64,000 nt of DNA from a virus, in IMG/VR virus record IMGVR_UViG_3300044730_001822, positions 32,001 through 96,000 of that record; one strand, 5' to 3'. The notes under the pieces are model-generated. The model did not search any database. It had not been told where the DNA came from and was given only the letters and a program-made list of their open reading frames with translations. This document shows positions 1 through 7,656 of this stretch, in pieces. Both the position numbers and the translations under genes were made by a program. Within the stretch, counting starts at the first letter, position 1; the number at the start of each line of letters is the position of its first letter.

Positions 1-744
1 CTTGAACTTTTTCACATCGCCTTGCATGGGCTTGCCCAAAGAAACTTTGCGTCCACGATATTCGGCTTCATCTAAGTCTGCTGCAGGTTTAGCGCGACCA
101 TATAGATCAATTTCAAATTTTCCGCCACCTAGTTCAATCAGTTGATCCATGAGTTCGCTAGACAAAGATTTGTCGCCATTCTCTCTGGCTGCATTCAAAG
201 CTGCTACTAGTTCGTTATATTTCTTTTTATCAACAATATGACTGGAGCCTTCGTCAACAGTGATATCTTCCTTTTGTATACCTGCCTGCGATAGACCTTT
301 ACGTGCAAGATGTCTTGCTTTGTGTTTGATCACGTTTCCAAATTGATCTTTGTCCGATGTGTTTTGGTCCGGAGTAAAGGGAATATCTTTGGCCATGCGG
401 CGGCGATCGATTTCTGCTTGCTGTGCTTCTATTTCTTTTTGAAGGCGATCAGCTTCATCGCCGTACTCTCGGGCAGCATCTGCCATGGAACGCCCTGATA
501 GAGATTTGAATCTTGAATCAATTTTATCCAATGCAGATTTTGCTTCGGCAACATATCCATAGCCTTCCAGCAACTCAACACCACGATCATCTAACTCAAT
601 GACAATGCCATCATTGACACACTCAGTAATGAAACCAGAAATCAACATTTCATCGCGAGCGATTTCAATTTCGAATACATCACCTACTGCTGGTTTGGTA
701 ATGTAATCTTCGGCTTCGGTGAGATAATCTTTTAGACTGCGCAT
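1..744 (-). CDS. Partial CDS (runs off left edge), probable capsid-internal/head protein
   Basis: Not in the ORF track. ATG at 744 overlaps the TAA of the upstream gene (TAATG). Translates MRSLKDYLTEAEDYITKPAVGDVFEIEI...LDEAEYRGRKVSLGKPMQGDVKKFK and stays open to base 1. The N-terminus resembles the T4 capsid-targeting sequence MKTYQEFIAE. Confidence 0.8.
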   Translation of the reverse strand, partial: MRSLKDYLTEAEDYITKPAVGDVFEIEIARDEMLISGFITECVNDGIVIELDDRGVELLEGYGYVAEAKSALDKIDSRFKSLSGRSMADAAREYGDEADRLQKEIEAQQAEIDRRRMAKDIPFTPDQNTSDKDQFGNVIKHKARHLARKGLSQAGIQKEDITVDEGSSHIVDKKKYNELVAALNAARENGDKSLSSELMDQLIELGGGKFEIDLYGRAKPAADLDEAEYRGRKVSLGKPMQGDVKKFK

Positions 745-3698
745 TATCCTGCTTGTCCTTTGATCGTGGTAATATCATTGTCGCCTTTGTAACCTTTGGC
801 ATACTGAAGTTTCATACCATTGAGACCGCCACTGAGACGATTCACCAACTCATCAACATCGCCATATTCTGTGGCGTCTGCTGTGTTGCCGGAATTTTCT
901 TCAGTGACTGCTTCCTCGGCACAGGTGCCGGGATCATACTTTTGATACATCTCGCGGCCCATGCCAGCCATTTTCAGCAGTTCAACCAAACTCTGTGCAT
1001 CGTCTTGCGTGGCTGTGACTGTAACAGTATCGTCGCCGGTGCTGCTTTGATTAGTGCTGACATTGATGTCCTCTGCTACCATTTGTTGGAACTGGCTTTC
1101 GTAGGCTTCGTAGACGCCTTTGCCATAATAGCCGCCGGATTTGGATTCTTCTGACTCGTCAACTTTTTCATCTTTGTCGTCTTTGTCTTTGTCCTCGTCT
1201 TTTTCTTCGCTATCTTTTTTGTCGTCGTACTCGATGTCTTTCTTAACTTCTTCGCCATCTTCTTCTGCGTCATCGTCGCGCTTTTCGGCATCAGTGTCAT
1301 CGTGATCACGTTTGTCGTCGTACTCCACATCCTTGGCTACTTTTTTAGCAGCCTTTTCTGCTTTGTCGTCTTTTTCGGCATCTGACTCTTCCTTTACTGG
1401 CATACCAGCCAATGCTTTCATACGCTCCAATACAGCAATGGTTTCGTCGATTTCTTTGGTACTGAAATCCTGACCAAAGGCCTTGAAACTATCTTTGCCA
1501 GATTTTTCAGCTGCTGCATCCTGCTGTTTAAGATATTCGCCTTTGCTGACTTCGTCAAGATCGGTTTCTTTGCCTGAACCGCGAGGAATATGATTCATAG
1601 CCTGGTCTACAAAATCATCTATGCTGTCTTCGTCGCTTCCAAAAGGTTGTTGCCGTTTCAACCATTTGTTCAATATAGGGTCTTTGGCCCGGGATTCTTG
1701 GGGGTCGAAGGCCTGCATGTTGGGATCATACTGCAGATGTATCTCAGTGCCATTGAACATGACCTGTGCCTTCATCTCATCGTCGCCCAGCACATAGGTG
1801 TATCGGTTGCCTTTGTCGGTGACAAAGGTCTCGGTAGAAGCTTCTTTCACAGGTAATTCAAGTGCCATGTCTTTGGCTCGTTGTAGCACACGCTGACCAG
1901 GATCTTTGATATCTTTTTTGTAATCCTGTGTCATGGTTTTGGTCAATGTGGAATCGCCTGGCTGCTGCCAAGGAAGATCTTTACCAGAAAGAACACCTTC
2001 ATCCATCCCATCTGCCGACTCTTTAGGATAAGCAGTGCTGCCATATTTTACACTTGATGGCATGGGGTTAGAACCAGTCATGGCAGATTTCATTGTATCC
2101 CATACGCCTTCATCCATCCCATCTGCCGACTCTTTAGGATAAGCAGTGCTGCCATATTTTACACTTGATGGCATGGGGTTAGAACCAGTCATGGCAGATT
2201 TCATTGTATCCCATACGCCTTCATCCATCTCTGCGTTTTTCTTTTTCCATGCTGTGGCATAAGCGATGGATTTTTCTTGCGGTGTAAGTTTGCCATCTTT
2301 GGCATAGCCTTGTTTGATATGCTTGACCATGCGCTCATACTTGTCACCCGGGGGTGCTTTTTCTGTCATGGGAGCAGCAAAGGCAGCAACTTCTACGCCT
2401 TCAACCATAGCGCGGCACTTGGAAACGTTGCCTTGGAATGCAACACCAGGATAGGCTGCACGGATTTCGCGCTTCCAGGAAGGATATGATTCCACAATCA
2501 TCATGTTGGCTGCTTGGATACCTTCTTTGACTGTACGGCTAAATTTTTCGCCGCCTTTCATACCCCAGGTTGTGCCTTTGTGCTTGGGCAGTTTGTAAAG
2601 GCTGGCCTTGGGAGCTTTGCCGCCCCAAGGCAAACTTGCAGAAGTTTTTTCAGATTCTTTCTTCTTGGGACGACCACGACCACGTGGCTCATCTGATTCT
2701 TCGTCTTCGTCTTCGTCTTCCCAATTCACTTCCTTGGCTTTGTGTTTGATACCTTTGTCTGTTTTTGTGATGGTACCACCTTTGTGTGTTTTTTCTTGTT
2801 CGCCCAGTGTGACTCCGGCAGCATTGCGGCCGTCATCGCCTGTGTCGGGCATATTGACATTGGCCTCACCTAGAGGAGGATCATACGCACCCATTTCATC
2901 ATTGCTCTGTGGATCAGTGACCATGCCTGCTTCATCCATCTTGTCATAGCGTGTGCGAATCTTGGCCATGGTCTCTTTGCTGGCATGATTACGTCCGGCT
3001 TTTTGCAAAGCTTTCATGCCTTCTTCGCCATATTTTTTCTTGCCGAGATATGCTTGTAGTGCAGATTCATCCATGGCATCTTCGCCCACAGATTCTTTGG
3101 CACGTAGTTTGGCCAACACAGCACCAGCTACTCTTTCACCGGCTTCTTTGCTGCCATAACGCTCACCGGCCGACTTTGCAATTTTACTAAAATTCTTGCC
3201 AGGCTTGCCAATGTCTTTTCCGGCACTGGCCTTCTTGGCACTGTAACCAACTTCAGCCACAGGTGTGAGATTCAATCCACCTGAATAGTTTTCGTTCAGG
3301 ATAGATTTTGTCTTGTTGATGCTTTCTACCAAGCTGTCTGCTTGTGCAGCCATGGTACCACTGGGAGTAATCATGGCAATGCCAGCGTGCTTGAGAATGC
3401 TACGCAACTCTGGAGATTCTTTTACTTCTTTTTTATCAGCAGCGGCTTTCTTCATGGATTCTTTTTTGTTGCCATCTTTGTCAAGATCCAAGAAGTCTGG
3501 CTTGTCACCTTCCATGACTTCGCCTTCGGGGCACTCGCAGTGGCTTTCATACATACCGCATTCGTTGCAGGTCTCACCATGCACACCTTCGCTCACAGTC
3601 TTGAAACCATATGCTTGAGTGTTGTTGGCCGCATCACGATAGTGAGGGTCTTTTTCAGCAATGGCTTTGAGTTTGTCTAATACGTTGTAAATGTTCAT
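744..3698 (-). CDS. 984-aa highly charged low-complexity protein, probable internal head/prohead-core protein
   Basis: E/D/K-rich, with many hydrophobic-X-E motifs (VKE, MDE, LDE, MTE) of the gp21-protease substrate type and an internal 37-aa duplication. Function is inferred. Confidence 0.65.
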   Translation of the reverse strand: MNIYNVLDKLKAIAEKDPHYRDAANNTQAYGFKTVSEGVHGETCNECGMYESHCECPEGEVMEGDKPDFLDLDKDGNKKESMKKAAADKKEVKESPELRSILKHAGIAMITPSGTMAAQADSLVESINKTKSILNENYSGGLNLTPVAEVGYSAKKASAGKDIGKPGKNFSKIAKSAGERYGSKEAGERVAGAVLAKLRAKESVGEDAMDESALQAYLGKKKYGEEGMKALQKAGRNHASKETMAKIRTRYDKMDEAGMVTDPQSNDEMGAYDPPLGEANVNMPDTGDDGRNAAGVTLGEQEKTHKGGTITKTDKGIKHKAKEVNWEDEDEDEESDEPRGRGRPKKKESEKTSASLPWGGKAPKASLYKLPKHKGTTWGMKGGEKFSRTVKEGIQAANMMIVESYPSWKREIRAAYPGVAFQGNVSKCRAMVEGVEVAAFAAPMTEKAPPGDKYERMVKHIKQGYAKDGKLTPQEKSIAYATAWKKKNAEMDEGVWDTMKSAMTGSNPMPSSVKYGSTAYPKESADGMDEGVWDTMKSAMTGSNPMPSSVKYGSTAYPKESADGMDEGVLSGKDLPWQQPGDSTLTKTMTQDYKKDIKDPGQRVLQRAKDMALELPVKEASTETFVTDKGNRYTYVLGDDEMKAQVMFNGTEIHLQYDPNMQAFDPQESRAKDPILNKWLKRQQPFGSDEDSIDDFVDQAMNHIPRGSGKETDLDEVSKGEYLKQQDAAAEKSGKDSFKAFGQDFSTKEIDETIAVLERMKALAGMPVKEESDAEKDDKAEKAAKKVAKDVEYDDKRDHDDTDAEKRDDDAEEDGEEVKKDIEYDDKKDSEEKDEDKDKDDKDEKVDESEESKSGGYYGKGVYEAYESQFQQMVAEDINVSTNQSSTGDDTVTVTATQDDAQSLVELLKMAGMGREMYQKYDPGTCAEEAVTEENSGNTADATEYGDVDELVNRLSGGLNGMKLQYAKGYKGDNDITTIKGQAG
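1996..2229. repeat. Perfect in-frame tandem repeat, 111-bp unit, ~2.1 copies
   Basis: The unit starting ccttcatccatc recurs at 1996, 2107 and 2218. The two full copies are identical and encode GVWDTMKSAMTGSNPMPSSVKYGSTAYPKESADGMDE. Confidence 0.95.
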
Positions 3699-3700
3699 GA

Positions 3701-4333
3701 TTATTTTCCTACGTTGATGGTCATATCGCCGGCACGCATTTTGGCGGGGCGGCTTACTCGACTGAAAGGACTGGTGTTGTCCTGTGGCAAGTCATTGGTG
3801 GTTTTTGCTTTGGGTGTTTTACCACCGGCTACTTCAAACTTTGCGCCATCTTTGGCTGCTTCTGCTGCCATGGCAGCATCTCTAGTGGCGTAGCGTTTGC
3901 TGAGTTCTTTTTGCTCGGCACTGGGTGCGCCTAGGTCTGTGGTCATTAACAAAGAATCTTTTTCGCTGGTTTTTTCTGTATCCAACTGTCCTTCAGCATC
4001 CTTTTCAATGCTGTCGTCCCACTTGCGATCCACTACCACGATGTTGGCAGTTGGCACACCGCACAGATGTACCTGCTGCTGGATCTCATCTAGGCTGGCA
4101 GGATACTTGAATGTAAAATCAATGATGTTGATTTCTGTGTTTTTCAAGCCAGGAAAATCCGAAGGTGTGGCCAGGATAGGCGTTTTTTTCGCTGTGCTCA
4201 TTGATACCACATCGTACTTGTCTAGGCGTTGCTTGATATCTGCCTGGCATTTGGAATCCAGTTCACCGGCAATTTTTATGCGGTAACTGAACTCCCTGGC
4301 ATCTTCTATTAAGTATTCTTTAAAACTTTTCAT
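3701..4333 (-). CDS. Hypothetical virion protein with capsid-targeting-like N-terminus
   Basis: Starts MKSFKEYLIE. A TAAATA late-promoter motif and AGGA lie upstream. Confidence 0.7.
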   Translation of the reverse strand: MKSFKEYLIEDAREFSYRIKIAGELDSKCQADIKQRLDKYDVVSMSTAKKTPILATPSDFPGLKNTEINIIDFTFKYPASLDEIQQQVHLCGVPTANIVVVDRKWDDSIEKDAEGQLDTEKTSEKDSLLMTTDLGAPSAEQKELSKRYATRDAAMAAEAAKDGAKFEVAGGKTPKAKTTNDLPQDNTSPFSRVSRPAKMRAGDMTINVGK

Positions 4334-4367
4334 AGGTCATTCCTAGTTTATGATTTATTTAGCGTTT

Positions 4368-4871
4368 TTAATGTTTTACTTCGCCTTCTTTTAGTCTACG
4401 CATGAGTTCGTTGCGATCTAAAATCACGCCTTCTGCTGTGGGTATAGCAGTGGGGCTGCTGAGTGAATCTTCTGATTGCCGCAGTTGATCGCCTTTGAGT
4501 TTGGCGTGCTTGAGTTGCAGGTCAATTTGACGCAGTTTTTTGTTTACCTTGGCTGTTTTAGCAGTGATAGCGTGCCCCAGCATGGTGCCAGCCACAGCAA
4601 ATATCTCACTTGCGTATCTGCTGTCCACTTGCATACCCAGATTCATCAAATCTTCGTAACTTTCCTTGGCCAAGCCCACTAGTTCGTCAATTTCCGTGTC
4701 AGCTGCTTCCAGGCCCTTGACGGCAGGCAGGGCCGACTCTATGCGTTCTAAGTTGGCCAACGCTGTGGCAGTAACGGGCACATCTTCCGATTCTATCTGC
4801 ACAGCCGGAGTTTCCACCACAGTTTCTTCATCCTGCGGCAATTCAAACAATTCTTCTAATTTTTTGGTCAC
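4368..4871 (-). CDS. Helical/coiled-coil protein, possible terminase small subunit
   Basis: The GTG start overlaps the gp4-like gene. 167 aa with a predicted helical core and C-terminal ILDRNELMRRL. The TerS call rests on size, architecture and context only. Confidence 0.45.
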   Translation of the reverse strand: MTKKLEELFELPQDEETVVETPAVQIESEDVPVTATALANLERIESALPAVKGLEAADTEIDELVGLAKESYEDLMNLGMQVDSRYASEIFAVAGTMLGHAITAKTAKVNKKLRQIDLQLKHAKLKGDQLRQSEDSLSSPTAIPTAEGVILDRNELMRRLKEGEVKH

Positions 4872-5302
4872 CTACGACCTCCTTGATAAAATATGTCTTC
4901 TTCTGTGACTACTCTAAAAGTCAAACCTTGTCTACGGCACCACTTGGTAGCAGCGTCCCACTTGGCATAGTTGATGGCCACGGTCATGCGTTCTCTGTTG
5001 CTGGCCTTGCTTTCAATGATGCTTTGCTTCTTGGGCTTGATTTCCACTACCTCAGTGCAGATTTGATTTTTCTTGTTAAGATACTGTACAAGAAAATCCG
5101 GAACATATATAGTCTGCTTGCCTGTCAATGGGTGCTGATAAGGAATGCGTATGCTTTCGCTGGCCCATTTAATTATGTTTTTGTTGTTGTCGCAGAAGTT
5201 CATAAAACTCAACTCCCATCCAGAACGATATCTGGGACGACCCAGGCCTACATACTTGTCGGGATTTTGGGGTACAAATTCCCCTTGAGCAAACTTGGAC
5301 AT
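4868..5302 (-). CDS. gp4: Head-completion nuclease, T4 gp4-like (TnsA-type PD-(D/E)XK)
   Basis: Motifs PQNPDKYVG, YRSGWELSFM.FCD, WASE...IPY, YVPDF, EIKP, N.AKW.AA, F.VVTE. Confidence 0.88.
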   Translation of the reverse strand: MSKFAQGEFVPQNPDKYVGLGRPRYRSGWELSFMNFCDNNKNIIKWASESIRIPYQHPLTGKQTIYVPDFLVQYLNKKNQICTEVVEIKPKKQSIIESKASNRERMTVAINYAKWDAATKWCRRQGLTFRVVTEEDIFYQGGRR

Positions 5303-5303
5303 T

Positions 5304-5693
5304 TCAATCTAGTATGGTCCTGGTCACGTAGTAGTTACTGCTGAACCTACGCACAGTACCCAATAGTGTGCTGGTGCTTTGGATTTGATTCAACCAATAG
5401 GCCATCAGTGTGTCAATAGTGATGCCTTCTCTGTTGTCAATTTGCTGTAACAGATCCTGAACCGTGATATTTTCACCGTTGCTTTGAAAATTACCTGCTA
5501 TTCTGAAAAGATTGTCTGTAAACACAGCCGCAGTTTCTTTATTAGAAGTGTTTTTTTCAAAGTACCCCAAGGTATAATCGTAGGTGCTTTGATCAACAGG
5601 ATATCCAAAGTCGCCATCATAGCCAGCATTGAACTGCTGATACACAGCACTGGTGCGATCTTTTACATTGTCTGGATTGTTCACCGAAGGCAT
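5304..5693 (-). CDS. Hypothetical protein, 129 aa (start revised to MPSVNNP)
   Basis: ATG at 5693 lies 5 nt downstream of TAAATA (5699-5704). The longer ORF-track start overlaps the neighbouring gene. Confidence 0.7.
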   Translation of the reverse strand: MPSVNNPDNVKDRTSAVYQQFNAGYDGDFGYPVDQSTYDYTLGYFEKNTSNKETAAVFTDNLFRIAGNFQSNGENITVQDLLQQIDNREGITIDTLMAYWLNQIQSTSTLLGTVRRFSSNYYVTRTILD

Positions 5694-5730
5694 ATGAATA
5701 TTTACCTTGTGTATTTTACCAAACCAAGGA

Positions 5731-6912
5731 TTAGTTGCCGCCGCTGATTCTGGGTGTGTTGCTCTCGGGCACTTTACCAGAATTATTTCCCTTGGGTGGT
5801 GTGGCAAAATATCCTGTGCGATTACGATCTATCGCAGGAATTTGTGTCTTGATGGCTGTTTCTACACCTTGACTTAAAACTTGAGATGCAGTTTGATTTA
5901 CTTCTTGTTTGGCAATAGATTTAAGATTCTTACCTTTGAATGTCTGCGATGCTCTTACTGCAGTCAATGCTGCACCAATGGGATTGCCTGCGGCAAGATC
6001 GTTGAGTATGCCTTGCCCAGCATCCAACAAGCCGCCCTTGCCCAGTATTGTTGCGTTACCTCCGGGTCTGGTAATAGCACTGGTCACTTGATCATAATCC
6101 TCTGTGCGTCCAAAGAATGGCGGTGCACCGGCCTTGGTAGAGCCATTGAGTGCGCCAGAATAGTATTTGACCAACTCATATTTGATTGTCATGGTATTCT
6201 GCATTGGCTGACCACCAGCAGAATAGTCATAGGTGTCATGCGCAAATTCAGTGATCATGGGATTGATCAAGGTGTATGCACTATAGTTGTGTTGATTGAA
6301 TCCAAAGATTGTAATATCATTGAAGAAGTTGGGATTAGTAGCCACCCCTGGTTGTGTATTCAATGGCGAACCGCGGCCTTCGCCTACCAAACCAAAGTCG
6401 CCAGTTTGTCGTTCACCAACATAGATGTCACTGGCATTGTAACTAAAGCCGGCAAATGTAGGATCCGACCCCGGACTGCCATCGCTGGCCGGTATGCCAT
6501 TGTAACTGTATTGACTGTCCTTGATATAGTATTGATAATATGCATACCACATCTGGCGTACTAGATCACTGTTGTCATCGTGAAAAGTGATCTGTACAGG
6601 ATTGTAATTGATCTTGGTATTGGCATAGCGTTTGCGATTGTACTGATTGAGTTCTTCTACTTGGAATTGATAACTGGGCAGTTGCACACTTTTTACTGTT
6701 TTGCTGATAGTGCTGTTGGCTTCGCCTAGCAGTTGAAGTAGGCCTGGAATTTGCGTATTGATATTGAACACACAATGGAAAAGAAACTTGACCTTTGGCG
6801 CATATGCAAATGCGTTAGGTATGAATGTTTTGCTTGCGTGTTGATAGTCCTTGAGCTGAGGACCTGTGATCCCGCTCAAGAACCCTTTTATGAAGTCATT
6901 ACCGAAGGCCAT
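5731..6912 (-). CDS. Tail-tube-like protein (gp19 fold; tube initiator/baseplate-tube junction)
   Basis: Tube-family motifs KSVQLPSY, NQYNRKR, YNPVQITFHDD and TMTIKYE. GGAGG SD upstream; adjacent to the tube and sheath genes. Confidence 0.7.
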   Translation of the reverse strand: MAFGNDFIKGFLSGITGPQLKDYQHASKTFIPNAFAYAPKVKFLFHCVFNINTQIPGLLQLLGEANSTISKTVKSVQLPSYQFQVEELNQYNRKRYANTKINYNPVQITFHDDNSDLVRQMWYAYYQYYIKDSQYSYNGIPASDGSPGSDPTFAGFSYNASDIYVGERQTGDFGLVGEGRGSPLNTQPGVATNPNFFNDITIFGFNQHNYSAYTLINPMITEFAHDTYDYSAGGQPMQNTMTIKYELVKYYSGALNGSTKAGAPPFFGRTEDYDQVTSAITRPGGNATILGKGGLLDAGQGILNDLAAGNPIGAALTAVRASQTFKGKNLKSIAKQEVNQTASQVLSQGVETAIKTQIPAIDRNRTGYFATPPKGNNSGKVPESNTPRISGGN

Positions 6913-6926
6913 CAAGCCCTCCTAGA

Positions 6927-7586
6927 TTAGCCGCCAGTTTGACCTGCGCCAGTGATTGAACCAAGAGCCCTGCTTACTGCTCCACCCAAGGCCTGTCCAA
7001 CTCCACCACCACTGGTAGGATCGGTACCCTGCAGTGCATTATCAAATCTAATGCTCAATGCGATTGTCACCGGCTCACTGGAACCATAGTTTAGATCATT
7101 GTAGTTGGCGCTGGCTAGATAGCAACCTAAAAGATTCCAGGTTTCTAATACCACTGGTTCGATAGCACCATTGCCACCGTCTAGCATTTCGCACTGCATG
7201 GAAAACTTGTAGTTTACACCTGCTGTGGCACTGGCTTGCTCATAGAAATCCAATTGTTTCTGTAATTGCTCACCCACCAACTTTGTCACAGAACCCGAAG
7301 CATCATCGCGAACGTTTAATGTTGTTGCTTCCCATGAATGTTTACCAGCTAGATAAATTTTGCTGTTGTAGATATCGATGGGAATTTCGTCAAACGACAC
7401 ACTGGGTCTAGCAAAATCAATAACCTGTTTGGTTAATTCTGTAGTTTCTGTGCTGACACCAAAGCCGTAGAGTAGTACGCGGAATCGGTACTTGAGCTTG
7501 GGCATCAACAGGCCTTGATTACCTTGACCTTCAATAGGTACTGTTAGGTTCTGCAAGCTCTGTACGGTCTGTGATGAAAGTGGCAT
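6927..7586 (-). CDS. gp19: Tail tube protein
   Basis: Motifs LMPKLKYRFRV, RPSVSF, YLAGKHSWE, W.L.GCY, LNY.SSEPVTI.LSIRFDNA. Directly follows the sheath gene. Confidence 0.85.
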   Translation of the reverse strand: MPLSSQTVQSLQNLTVPIEGQGNQGLLMPKLKYRFRVLLYGFGVSTETTELTKQVIDFARPSVSFDEIPIDIYNSKIYLAGKHSWEATTLNVRDDASGSVTKLVGEQLQKQLDFYEQASATAGVNYKFSMQCEMLDGGNGAIEPVVLETWNLLGCYLASANYNDLNYGSSEPVTIALSIRFDNALQGTDPTSGGGVGQALGGAVSRALGSITGAGQTGG

Positions 7587-7630
7587 TTCTGTTTCTCCTG
7601 TTACTGTTATTTAGCCCTGGGTTGGGAAGC

Positions 7631-7656
7631 TAAAATAAGGGTCTCCCCTTATTTTA
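7631..7656 (-). terminator. Intrinsic terminator-like hairpin after the sheath gene
   Basis: The minus strand reads AAAATAAGGG-GAGA-CCCTTATTTT, overlapping the sheath stop codon. Confidence 0.7.

Noticed and set aside
1996-2229. CRISPR array
   Set aside because: It is a contiguous in-frame 111-bp duplication with no unique spacers and no cas genes.
3460-3500. EF-hand in DLDKDGNKKESM
   Set aside because: Only the DxDxDG part matches; position 12 is not Glu and no paired helix-loop-helix is evident.
5694-5807. N-terminal extension of ORF 5304-5807
   Set aside because: It overlaps the upstream gene and the TAAATA promoter; ATG 5693 fits better.
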